A DNA stretch of 64,000 nucleotides, taken from the NCBI GenBank assembly GCA_041183205.1, contig JBEGMF010000042.1, forward strand, positions 4,369 through 68,368, in the 5' to 3' direction. Below the pieces are notes generated by a model. That model saw only the letters and a list, made by a program, of their open reading frames with translations, was not told where the DNA came from and searched no databases. A program made the translations under genes and the position numbers. Position 1 is the first letter of the stretch. The number at the start of each line of letters is the position of its first letter. This DNA is from Actinomycetota bacterium. GTDB lineage: Bacteria; Actinomycetota; Acidimicrobiia; Acidimicrobiales; Acidimicrobilacustridaceae. Shown here piece after piece: positions 18,617-29,316 of this stretch.

Positions 18617-19437
18617 TCCCCGCCGCTTTCGATTATCAACGCGCCGATAGTGCCGATGCCGCTCTTGCTCTCCTTAATGAACACGGTGATGAAGCCAAAC
18701 TTTTAGCCGGCGGTCATTCGCTTCTTCCGTTAATGAAATTGCGCTTAGCCGCACCCGAAGTTCTTATTGATGTGGGCCGTCTCGATGACCTTCGTTATAT
18801 CCGCGAGGAAGGCGACGTCATTGCCATTGGTGCTCTCACCCGTCATCGTGATTTAGAAACGAGCGCGCTACTAAAGCAACAAGCGCCGCTGCTTGCTCAT
18901 GCCGCATCTCATGTAGGCGATCCGCAAGTACGTCATCGCGGCACCATCGGCGGTTCATTGGCGCACGCCGATCCTGCTTCCGATTTGCCGGCCGTGGCGT
19001 TAGCCATGGGCGCCACCATTGTCGTGCGTGGCCAAAGCGGTCAGCGCGAAATTCCCGCCGATCAATTCTTTCTTGGCTTTTTGGAATCAGCCATGGACCC
19101 CACCGAGTTAATGGTGGAAATTCGTTTTCCTAAATTGGGAGCACATGGTTGGTCGTTCCAAAAGTTCAACCGACGCGCCCAAGACTGGGCCATCGTTGGC
19201 GTGGCCGCCGTTCATGGCGCGCAACATACTGGCGTGGCGTTAGTGAATATGGGTTCGACTCCAATCCTTTCCACTGCCGTTTCCAATGCCGTGAAAAGCG
19301 GAGCTTCCGCCGTTGATGCGGCGGCGCTGGCCGCTGATGGCACCGAAGCACAAAGCGATATCAACGCCTCCGTTGAATACCGTGAACATCTCGCCCGTGT
19401 ACTTGTACGTCGCGCTTTAGTTGAATCTGGCGTGTAA
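18613..19437 (+). CDS. coxM: Mo-hydroxylase/CODH-like medium FAD subunit
   Basis: [16 protein letters not shown] and [17 protein letters not shown] motifs. Confidence 0.92.
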   Translation: MIPAAFDYQRADSADAALALLNEHGDEAKLLAGGHSLLPLMKLRLAAPEVLIDVGRLDDLRYIREEGDVIAIGALTRHRDLETSALLKQQAPLLAHAASHVGDPQVRHRGTIGGSLAHADPASDLPAVALAMGATIVVRGQSGQREIPADQFFLGFLESAMDPTELMVEIRFPKLGAHGWSFQKFNRRAQDWAIVGVAAVHGAQHTGVALVNMGSTPILSTAVSNAVKSGASAVDAAALAADGTEAQSDINASVEYREHLARVLVRRALVESGV

Positions 19438-20220
19438 TTAGTGCAACGAACCGGTGGCATCGCGTAGCGATGCTGCTTGGCGACCGGTACGCACAGCAAT
19501 TATTTCCGCACATATCGCAATAGCGGTTTCTTCTGGCGTTCTTCCACCCAGATTCAACCCAATTGGTGCATGCAAGCGCGCCGCCACTGCATCCAAATCG
19601 GCTCCGGCTTCGCCTAAACGCTTCATACGTTCTTCTGAAGTACGACGACTGCCCATGGCGCCGATATAACCAACCTCGGTTTGCAACGCCGCCATGACTG
19701 CCGGAACATCAAACTTGTGATCGTGAGTCAGCACACAAATTGCATCACGACCGGTAAGAGTAGAACCAACTTGTTCTAAATATTTATGAGGCCATTGCAC
19801 GATGACTTCATCGGCTTTTGGAAACCGGCGCTTTGTGGCGAATACCTCACGGGCATCGCAAACGGTGACGGTATAACCCAAGAGTTTGGCGACGTTTACT
19901 AACGCGGCAGTGAAATCAACAGCACCGAAAATCACCATGCGCGGTGGTGGCGCAAAACATTCAAAGAAAACTGCGACATCGGTTTCACGCGCTTGACCTT
20001 GGAAACCGTAATGACGAACGCTCGTGCGCCCGGCGGCCAATTCGCCAAGCAAATCGCGAATAACAACGCGATCAAGATCGGGATCACCGAACGAGCCCTG
20101 GGGTTCGACAAACTCCCCTACAAAAATCTTCGCTCCAACCGATGGACCTTCAATCACCGTGGCGATAGCCACGGGATGGTGTTGTTCGATTTCATTACGC
20201 CACAGTGAAAACAAATCCAT
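19438..20220 (-). CDS. xdhC: XdhC/CoxI maturation factor, C-terminal part
   Basis: IFGAVDF, VLTHDHKFD, YIGAMGSRR and PIGLNLGGRTPEETAIAI motifs. Confidence 0.88.
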   Translation of the reverse strand: MDLFSLWRNEIEQHHPVAIATVIEGPSVGAKIFVGEFVEPQGSFGDPDLDRVVIRDLLGELAAGRTSVRHYGFQGQARETDVAVFFECFAPPPRMVIFGAVDFTAALVNVAKLLGYTVTVCDAREVFATKRRFPKADEVIVQWPHKYLEQVGSTLTGRDAICVLTHDHKFDVPAVMAALQTEVGYIGAMGSRRTSEERMKRLGEAGADLDAVAARLHAPIGLNLGGRTPEETAIAICAEIIAVRTGRQAASLRDATGSLH

Positions 20221-20221
20221 C

Positions 20222-20536
20222 TCACCAATCCAATGGTTCTATGAAGAGATGGACAGTTCCGCCGCAAGTTAAGCCAACGGCAAATGCTTCATCGTCGCTA
20301 TAGCCAAACGTGACCATACGTCGTTCACCGGATTCCATAATTTGCAAAGACTCGGCGACGACCGCACCTTCAACGCAACCACCCGATACTGATCCCGCCA
20401 CTTCACCGTTATCGGCGACGGCCATAGCGGCGCCCGGGAGACGCGGACCGGAACCTTCAATATCAACGACGCGGGCAATAACAATACGACGGCCATCTTT
20501 TCGCCATCGATCGATATCACCAATGAGTTCTTTCAC
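20222..20536 (-). CDS. XdhC/CoxF N-terminal domain protein
   Basis: GSGPR.PGA, GSVSGGCVEG and VGLTCGG motifs. Confidence 0.85.
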   Translation of the reverse strand: MKELIGDIDRWRKDGRRIVIARVVDIEGSGPRLPGAAMAVADNGEVAGSVSGGCVEGAVVAESLQIMESGERRMVTFGYSDDEAFAVGLTCGGTVHLFIEPLDW

Positions 20537-20538
20537 CG

Positions 20539-21636
20539 TTACCTCTTTATGCCCGCAATTACATCCGAGAGAGTATGTAAAGAAGAAAACGAATGCCCTT
20601 CCACAAACTCATCGACAAAGGGTAACGCCGTTGCCATCCCTTTCGCGAGGGGCTCATAACCTTCGCCCCCTTTTAACGGATTAACCCAAATAACGCTTGC
20701 AGCGGCGCGCTGCAGACGCGTCATTGATTCGGCCAACAATTCGGTATCGCCCCGATCCCAACCGTCCGACAAAATCACCACCACCGCACCGCGGGCGAGA
20801 TTCCCCCAATCGGTCATAAATTGCGCCAACGATTCACCAAGCCGCGTTCCGCTGGCCCAATCAGTCACTGCATCGGCCGCAGCCGCAACGGCCGCGTCTG
20901 CATTTCGTTGTTCCAATTGGCGAGTAACGCGCGTAAGGCGCGTTCCCATTAAGAAAACCTCAATTGATCCTCGGGAAAGTACTGCGGCGTGAGCGAAACG
21001 CAATAATGCTCGGGCATACGGTTCCATCGATCCGCTGATATCAGCGCACAGAACTAAACGCCGCGGTACTTTGCGATAATCGTTGCGGTGTTGATGCACT
21101 AATTCTCCGTCAGTAGCCATCGATGCTTTCAACATGCTGCGTAAATCGAGTTGACCGCCACCGTGGCGTGTTGGTTTACGGCGACGTGATCGACGTAAGG
21201 GACGAGCTACCCGCAAGCGTTCAATTAACGCGTAAATTTCCTGCTTTTCCTCATCGCTCAACTCGCCGATATCGGCTTTTTGCAAAATTTCAACGCGACT
21301 GAATCGAGCCACTTCCGATGACGAATCTGCCTCGTCGACAACGGGAGGCATTTCCGTTTCCTCGTCCGGATACTCCATAACCAAAGGAACAGGATCTGTC
21401 GCTCCGATCGAGATTTCATCTTCGGCCAAAATCCATTGACGGAAAACTTCATCGTAAATGGCGATTTCCTTCTGGTTATGCGCCAAATTCACGCGCCCCG
21501 CCCAATAAATCGAATGGGTGGTGTCATCTAATTGTCCAAGCGATTCGACGAAAGCAAGAGTCGAGCCAATGGGGACATTCACTCCGGCACGCCGCAACCG
21601 ATCAACTAGTGAAAGTGGTTGTCGTGTGGCGAGCAT
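20539..21636 (-). CDS. coxE: CoxE-like VWA domain protein
   Basis: DISGSMEPY (MIDAS), GTRLGESL, ILSDGWDRGD and WVNPL motifs. Confidence 0.9.
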   Translation of the reverse strand: MLATRQPLSLVDRLRRAGVNVPIGSTLAFVESLGQLDDTTHSIYWAGRVNLAHNQKEIAIYDEVFRQWILAEDEISIGATDPVPLVMEYPDEETEMPPVVDEADSSSEVARFSRVEILQKADIGELSDEEKQEIYALIERLRVARPLRRSRRRKPTRHGGGQLDLRSMLKASMATDGELVHQHRNDYRKVPRRLVLCADISGSMEPYARALLRFAHAAVLSRGSIEVFLMGTRLTRVTRQLEQRNADAAVAAAADAVTDWASGTRLGESLAQFMTDWGNLARGAVVVILSDGWDRGDTELLAESMTRLQRAAASVIWVNPLKGGEGYEPLAKGMATALPFVDEFVEGHSFSSLHTLSDVIAGIKR

Positions 21637-21642
21637 GAGCGA

Positions 21643-22548
21643 CTAACTCTGTTTTTTGGCGTCGGCTACTAACGCCGAGAAGTCGGCCGCCATAACCCGA
21701 TCAGCATCTTCGTGATACTTGATGGCCGCACCCATGGATGCCGCGGCCGTTTGCGCATCTAGTTCAGTTCGGGAAAGAGCGCAGATCGCCTCTACCCAAT
21801 CGATTGTTTCGGCCACGCCAGGCGGTTTGTACAAACCTAAGTTACGAATCTCGGCCACTAATTGCGCCACTTGGCGAGCCAACACCTCGTTGGCATTGGG
21901 AACTTTACGCAAAACAATTTCGGTTTCTTGTTCGATCGAAGGATGATCAACCCAGTGATAAAGGCACCGACGCTTTAATGCGTCATGCACATCGCGCGTG
22001 CGATTCGATGTCAACACCACTATTGGCGGAGTTGCCGCCTTCACTGTTCCTAATTCAGGAATAGTGACCGTCCAGTCGGAAAGAATTTCCAAAAGGAACG
22101 CTTCAAACTCATCATCGGCGCGATCGATTTCATCGATTAACAGCACTGCAGGTTGGGTTCGTTGCGCCGAAATGGCCTGCAATAGCGGACGACGCAACAA
22201 AAAACGTTCGCTATAGAGTTCACCCTCTAATCGTTCCCGCTCCGCCGCTTCACGTGACTCTTCGCCAGCCGCTCGTAAATGCAATAACTGACGGGGATAA
22301 TCCCATTCATAAAGTGCTTGCGAGACATCAATACCTTCATAACACTGCAACCGAATGAGATCAGTGCTTAACCAATCGGTCAACACCTTGGCGACTTCAG
22401 TCTTACCCACGCCCGGTTCACCTTCTAAAAACAGCGGGCGCGAAAGTGTCATAGATAAAAACACTGCCGTGGCCAGCCCTTCATCGGCTATGTAGCCGCG
22501 CTCAGAAAAGCCTTTCACCACTTCGTCGACTGAAGCCGGTTTCATCAC
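21643..22548 (-). CDS. coxD: CoxD MoxR-family AAA+ ATPase
   Basis: LEGEPGVGKT, LIRLQCYEG, LLIDEIDRAD and DALKRRC motifs. Confidence 0.92.
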   Translation of the reverse strand: MMKPASVDEVVKGFSERGYIADEGLATAVFLSMTLSRPLFLEGEPGVGKTEVAKVLTDWLSTDLIRLQCYEGIDVSQALYEWDYPRQLLHLRAAGEESREAAERERLEGELYSERFLLRRPLLQAISAQRTQPAVLLIDEIDRADDEFEAFLLEILSDWTVTIPELGTVKAATPPIVVLTSNRTRDVHDALKRRCLYHWVDHPSIEQETEIVLRKVPNANEVLARQVAQLVAEIRNLGLYKPPGVAETIDWVEAICALSRTELDAQTAAASMGAAIKYHEDADRVMAADFSALVADAKKQS

Positions 22549-22587
22549 GAGGAAAGGCTAGCGGTAAACGCTGTGATTAGAGCATTG

Positions 22588-22734
22588 TTAGCCGCGAAGG
22601 AAAAGGAAATAGAAAACAGCAAACATGCCCACCGTGACACCGATAGATGCCACCAACGTCCACTTTGCTGAACTTTGCCAACGCACCTTTTCGGCCGGCT
22701 TTTCTCGACGGCGAGGATTAATTGGCTGAGTCAT
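22588..22734 (-). CDS. Small single-TM hypothetical protein (48 aa)
   Basis: MTQPINPRRREKPAEKVRWQSSAKWTLVASIGVTVGMFAVFYFLFLRG: basic N-terminus plus one TM helix. Fills the coxL-coxD gap. Confidence 0.55.
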   Translation of the reverse strand: MTQPINPRRREKPAEKVRWQSSAKWTLVASIGVTVGMFAVFYFLFLRG

Positions 22735-22747
22735 GGGAGCACTTTCA

Positions 22748-25012
22748 TCATTGATGAATCGCTCGCCAGACGCGTTCAGATGAAAGAGGCATATCAAGAT
22801 GACGAACGTTGAATGGGCTCAACGCGTCACAGACAGCACTTTGCACCGCCGGCGTTGCGCCAATCGTTCCGGATTCGCCAATACCTTTGGCACCAAGCGG
22901 ATTTACCGGTGATGGAGTCTCTAACGGAACCAATTCAAAATTTGGTAATTCCGCAGCCGAAACCATGGCGTAATCAGCAAGATTTGCCGTGAGTGGATTT
23001 CCATCTTCGTCGTACATCATGTGCTCATAAAGCGCTTGGGCTACTCCTTGCGCAATTCCACCATGACGCTGACCTTCAACGATTAACGGATTAAGGATCC
23101 GACCAGCATCATCACAAGTGATAATGCGACGTAGTTGCACGCGACCAGTTTCAGTATCCACTTCTACTACCGCGACATGCGCGCCGAAGGGGAAAGTCGC
23201 GGCTTCGGATGTAAACGTCAAAGCCGCCTCACAAGTTTGTTTGGCCGCGACCTCTTCCCAAGAACGAGTGATTGACGGAGATCCGGCAACATGGAACGCA
23301 CCGCGATCAGCATCAAGAACGACATCGTCCACGTTGGCTTCTAATAAGTCGGCAGCCACTTGGCGTGCGGCATCAACAACTTGTCCGGTTGCGGTCCAAA
23401 CTGCCGAACCACCAAGTTGCAACGAACGCGAACCAAATGTTCCATGACCTTCATCTACGCGATCGGTATCACCAGCGACTACTTCGATTCGATCCATCGG
23501 GATGCCGGTGAGATCGGCGGCCAACATTGCCCAAGCCGTGTTATGGCCTTGACCGTGTGATGACGAGCCAGTGAAGACCGTTAGTGAACCATCGCCGTTC
23601 AATGCCACTTTGGCGAATTCACCTTGACCGCCACCGGGACCAGCAGTGATCTCAACATAAATCGCAACGCCGATTCCTAATTGCACCGGATCATTTGCGG
23701 CGCGTCGTTGCGCTTGTTCAGCGCGTAAAGCCGAATAGTCACTAGCCACTAACGCAGCATCTAGCGCGGCCACATAATCGCCGCAGTCATAGACCGCGCC
23801 CGTGAGTGTCGTATACGGAAATTGTTCTTTACCAATAAGGTTTTTCCGACGAACATCGGCCGGATCGAGACCAATTTCGGCCGCAAAGAGATCCATCGCC
23901 CGTTCGATGGCCGCGCAGGCTTCGGGACGACCAGCACCGCGGTAGGCCTCAATTGGTGTTGTGGTGGTGATCACGCTTTTTACATTGCATTCAACGCGAT
24001 CGATTTGATAGGTGCCTTGCGCCATCGTGCGTGTCATGAAAGGCAAAAACGTTCCCATGGATGGATAAGCGCCCGTGTCTTGAATGACGGTGAGGCGATA
24101 GGCCGTCACATTCCCATCGCGGGTTCCACCAATTTCCACGCGATGCAATTGCCCGCGTCCATGCGGCATGGACACCATTGCTTCCGAACGTGTCTCGGCC
24201 CAACGCACCGGCTTGCCAACTTTGCGCGACACCCACGGCAATAAGGCTTCATCAGCCTGAACATTGATCTTGGCGCCGAAACCTCCACCCACCGCTGGAG
24301 CAACGATGCGCAAACCATCAGGATCCAAACCGTAAATTCCCGCCATCTTTCCTTTAACACCATGAGGCGCTTGAGTGGAAAGGAACATGACTAGACGTCC
24401 GTCTTGCCAAGTGCAGGCCACACCACGTGGTTCCATCGGACAAACATTGAGTCGTTGATTGACAAGGTCTTCGCGCACAACAACTTCACAACCATCAAAT
24501 AAGTCGGCGGCTTCGCCCAAATTCATTTCTAACGCGGTGTTTGTTCCATGCGCCGGATGAATGATCACTCGATCACTGGCAGCGTCGAGCAGATCAACAA
24601 CCGCATCGAGTGGTTCGTAATCAATGATGACAAGTTCCGATGCGTCATATGCCGCTTCTTTGGAGGTCGCCACAATTACGGCGATTGCTTCACCAACAAA
24701 ACGAACAACGTCTTTGGCTAACCACGGGCGTCCGACTGCTTCAGGAATCATGCCTGGGATGGCCATGGGATATGCGTTGAGACCATCAGCTTCAATATCG
24801 GCGGCAGTAAACACCGCAACGACGCCGTCGGCCTGCGCTGCCTCGGTGACATCGAGTTCAGTGATGGTGGCATGCGCAATTGTTGATCGCACAAAATGCA
24901 CATGTAACGCGCCATCCAAAAGCGGATCGTTGAGATCGGCGGTGTAACGCGCTTCACCGGTAAGAAAAGCCGGATCCTCACGTCGTAGTACACGGGTGCC
25001 CATCACACTCAT
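22748..25012 (-). CDS. coxL: Molybdopterin-binding large subunit, form II CoxL-like (xanthine dehydrogenase family)
   Basis: RREDP, VGGGFGAK, active-site loop AYRGAGR (form II), GAKGIGE. Confidence 0.88.
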   Translation of the reverse strand: MSVMGTRVLRREDPAFLTGEARYTADLNDPLLDGALHVHFVRSTIAHATITELDVTEAAQADGVVAVFTAADIEADGLNAYPMAIPGMIPEAVGRPWLAKDVVRFVGEAIAVIVATSKEAAYDASELVIIDYEPLDAVVDLLDAASDRVIIHPAHGTNTALEMNLGEAADLFDGCEVVVREDLVNQRLNVCPMEPRGVACTWQDGRLVMFLSTQAPHGVKGKMAGIYGLDPDGLRIVAPAVGGGFGAKINVQADEALLPWVSRKVGKPVRWAETRSEAMVSMPHGRGQLHRVEIGGTRDGNVTAYRLTVIQDTGAYPSMGTFLPFMTRTMAQGTYQIDRVECNVKSVITTTTPIEAYRGAGRPEACAAIERAMDLFAAEIGLDPADVRRKNLIGKEQFPYTTLTGAVYDCGDYVAALDAALVASDYSALRAEQAQRRAANDPVQLGIGVAIYVEITAGPGGGQGEFAKVALNGDGSLTVFTGSSSHGQGHNTAWAMLAADLTGIPMDRIEVVAGDTDRVDEGHGTFGSRSLQLGGSAVWTATGQVVDAARQVAADLLEANVDDVVLDADRGAFHVAGSPSITRSWEEVAAKQTCEAALTFTSEAATFPFGAHVAVVEVDTETGRVQLRRIITCDDAGRILNPLIVEGQRHGGIAQGVAQALYEHMMYDEDGNPLTANLADYAMVSAAELPNFELVPLETPSPVNPLGAKGIGESGTIGATPAVQSAVCDALSPFNVRHLDMPLSSERVWRAIHQ

Positions 25013-25103
25013 TTGTCACTCCCCCACAACTTCGGCTCGCCCCAATCAGCCAACCTGCAAGCAGATTAGTAGTTACCCAGCGAGGGGCCCATGCGGAGCG
25101 ACT

Positions 25104-25456
25104 TTAACGATTAAGCGTTGTGCCAAGTTGATTGAAAGGCCAAGCATCAGGAACCCGCACCGGATCGGTGGCTGGCGGGAGTACGTGGTACACCTCTTCG
25201 CCAGCCTTGGCGTAGCCATATTTCTCACGGGCTAAACGTTCAATTTCAGAATCGGTACCCAGTGCTTCGATTTGGGCTTCGGCATCAGCATTGGCCTGCT
25301 CTAATTCATTGAGTCGCGCCTCGGCTGAAGCAACCGTGCGACGTTGATCAAGGAAGGTACGAGTAGGGAAAGCGCCCAACGCCAAAGCGCTGATCGTAAC
25401 GACCAGCAAAATCACCGGCACCACAAAGCGGGCGGCGCGAAGCGGGCTTGTCGCCA

Positions 25457-25457
<1 letters not shown>
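25104..25457 (-). CDS. ftsB: Septum formation initiator FtsB/DivIC
   Basis: TM helix, coiled coil and IERLAREKYGY..GE motif. Directly after eno. Confidence 0.85.
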
Positions 25458-26818
<1,361 letters not shown>

Positions 26819-28219
26819 CTAATTATCTGATTGCTCTAGTTCAGCACTTCTCGCGCGATTTCGGTAGTGCACCGCGGTGGCGCGTAAAGCAGTCTCTGGA
26901 TCGATACCGACGCGACGAATCTCATCAACCAACGCGAACAACAGTTCGCCGGTTGAACGATCGTCCGGTGAGGCCGAAAATGCCGCTAGAGCGTCGGCGA
27001 AATTTGGCTTTTCCGGCATCGTCACCGTTTCGCCAATCACATTGGCTTTGCTCTGAACCTTTAACGCAAACAGCAAAGCGGGAATCGCATCGGGAACACC
27101 ATCAAAAACGCTTTCGCGTCCTTTTTCGGCTTTCTTAATTTGTTCCCAATTCCGAACAACATCGCTGGCGCCGTCAATCTGACCATCGTTGGCCATCAAT
27201 TGACGCGTGTCACTTTCAGGAAAAACATGCGGATGTCGTGAACGAAGTTTGTCATTCACCAATTTGGCGACATCGGCCACGGTGAACTGTCCTTGCTCGG
27301 CGGCCAAGCGCGCGTGAAACAAGATTTGAAAAAGGAGATCCCCTAGTTCTTCAGCCAAATTTTCATACGACTCAGGGTCATCGGTTAACTGATCAATGGC
27401 CTCAAGCACTTCGTAGGATTCTTCTAATAAATGCCGCCGCAACGATTCATGCGTTTGTTCGGCGTCCCACGGACACTGTTCACGCAAGATGTTCACCAAT
27501 TCAACGAAATCGGAAAGTTCTCGGGCAATCGGCGCCGCTAAATGTGGAATCCAAATCGACGTGAGATGGTCAGCCTCAATGCGATCCATCTCAAGCCAGT
27601 TGATGGGAAAAACCCTCTCGTCCGGTAGTCCGAGACGTTGCAGCACAATCACATCGGAATCCGTCGACATTGACGGTTCAAAACCAGCGTCCAACGCCAA
27701 TTTGATCTCGGAGAGAACTTCGGCGTTGTCGCATTGAGCCACCAGCAGTGGACCTCGCTCACCCGCCGCCTGCACCGCAAAACGATGACCATCGATCACG
27801 CGCACACTCTGGGCCACCGGATCGATACCTAGACGCGGCCAACTCAAATCGAGAAATGACAATGCCGGCAAAACTTCAATGGCAACGAGAGTTTGTTGTT
27901 GTAGAAGTTCGACCGTTCGTTCGGCAACTACGGGCGAACCGGGCACGACATAAACAACGTGACCATAGTGCTGGGCGAAACCAACGAGCGCAGAAACAAT
28001 TGATTCGTAAACCGCTTCCAAGTTTTCGCTTTGCTCATAGAAATCGTCGAATGCGACAACATCCCAACCTCGTTGCGCAAATATTTCCGCCGCCGGATGA
28101 CGCATCGTCCGCACGTAACGATGGGACACGGACGCCAAGACGTCGATTACTCCGGCGGTAATGAGATCCTGATCGCCAGGACCTAAACCAACCACGGTGA
28201 TCCGTGGCGATTCCATCAA
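26819..28219 (-). CDS. mazG: YabN-type tetrapyrrole-methylase-like/MazG NTP pyrophosphohydrolase fusion
   Basis: VVGLGPG N-terminal domain; CPWD.EQTH, EELGDLL and RHPHVF motifs. Confidence 0.9.
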   Translation of the reverse strand: MMESPRITVVGLGPGDQDLITAGVIDVLASVSHRYVRTMRHPAAEIFAQRGWDVVAFDDFYEQSENLEAVYESIVSALVGFAQHYGHVVYVVPGSPVVAERTVELLQQQTLVAIEVLPALSFLDLSWPRLGIDPVAQSVRVIDGHRFAVQAAGERGPLLVAQCDNAEVLSEIKLALDAGFEPSMSTDSDVIVLQRLGLPDERVFPINWLEMDRIEADHLTSIWIPHLAAPIARELSDFVELVNILREQCPWDAEQTHESLRRHLLEESYEVLEAIDQLTDDPESYENLAEELGDLLFQILFHARLAAEQGQFTVADVAKLVNDKLRSRHPHVFPESDTRQLMANDGQIDGASDVVRNWEQIKKAEKGRESVFDGVPDAIPALLFALKVQSKANVIGETVTMPEKPNFADALAAFSASPDDRSTGELLFALVDEIRRVGIDPETALRATAVHYRNRARSAELEQSDN

Positions 28220-29316
28220 GGCGAAGGATTGATTGTGCTTGGCACCGTGGTCAGCGGAGTTGCCCCTGCTGGTGCTGTGATACGCGTGCGTGCATCGACA
28301 TAGTCGCCGTAACGTCCATCAACCGAAATTGATGTGCGTTCCGCAGTAGCGATGAGTTCTGCGTTGAGAATGGTCTCGGCATTTTGCTGAATAAGCGTTT
28401 TCAATGTCGGCTTGAGTTGTTCAAAAGTGAGACGACCGCGGGCGGTCACCAAAATGATGTGATAGCCGTACGTCGTCCGCACCGGTTCACCGAGAACTCC
28501 AATTGGTTGCGTCCACGCCGCGTTATCAAATTCAGTAACGAATGTTCCACGGGGAGCGCATTCAAGCACACCGTCATTAATCGCTGATTGTGTGTCCTGG
28601 GAGTTAGCGCGAGCGACGGCACCAAAGTTGCTGCCACCCACAATTTGATTTCGCCAATTGGTGGCGCGAGTTAACGCATCGGCAAACTGAGCTTCCGTTG
28701 GTGTTTGATTGGGACTGCCCGATCCCGCCAGCGCCAAGATATGAGAAGCACAGACATAATCGGCATTGTCATATTGACTGCGCGTCGATTCATAAACCCG
28801 GCGTAAACCTTCATCGGTTTGTGCCTCGGTTAAAAGATTGGTGAGCAAAACTGTTTGTGCTGCCACACCTTCGATTAGTGACTTTTGCAATCCGGCCGGC
28901 AATTGACGAAATACCGAACCACTGGAACTGGTGAAATTTTGCTCGAGTTGAGTGGTGGCGGCGGCACGATCTTCATCGGTGACGGTAAGGCCCCGATCCT
29001 CAACTGCTTGACGCGCTAGGCGCAAACTCAATTGGTCATTTAGAAACGCCGCCGTAAACGAAGTGAGCCACGCCTCTCCATTCGATGATCGCAATTGCGA
29101 TTGCCCATTCGAGGCTTCGTACACTTTGGCGAAACCATTGAGTTGTTCAGTGAAATCGGAATTACTTAGTGTCCAATTTCCTACCGTTAATGCCGATGGG
29201 TTGGTAGCCGAACAAGCGGATCCCAAAAGAGCGAGCGCAAGGAGAACTACCGAGATGAGGGAAAGTCGTTTTATCTTCACAGCGCTGATCACACTACCGA
29301 AGTCCCGTTGCCTCAC
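28216..29316 (-). CDS. Parvulin-type peptidyl-prolyl isomerase lipoprotein (PrsA-like)
   Basis: Lipobox GSAC; ASHIL, SQD..S...G.L, FV.EFD.AA and T.YGYHII motifs. Confidence 0.85.
   Translation of the reverse strand: MRQRDFGSVISAVKIKRLSLISVVLLALALLGSACSATNPSALTVGNWTLSNSDFTEQLNGFAKVYEASNGQSQLRSSNGEAWLTSFTAAFLNDQLSLRLARQAVEDRGLTVTDEDRAAATTQLEQNFTSSSGSVFRQLPAGLQKSLIEGVAAQTVLLTNLLTEAQTDEGLRRVYESTRSQYDNADYVCASHILALAGSGSPNQTPTEAQFADALTRATNWRNQIVGGSNFGAVARANSQDTQSAINDGVLECAPRGTFVTEFDNAAWTQPIGVLGEPVRTTYGYHIILVTARGRLTFEQLKPTLKTLIQQNAETILNAELIATAERTSISVDGRYGDYVDARTRITAPAGATPLTTVPSTINPSP

Noticed and set aside
22748-25012. Bona fide aerobic CO dehydrogenase (form I)
   Set aside because: The active-site loop is AYRGAGR, not AYxCSFR, and the gene order is not coxMSL.
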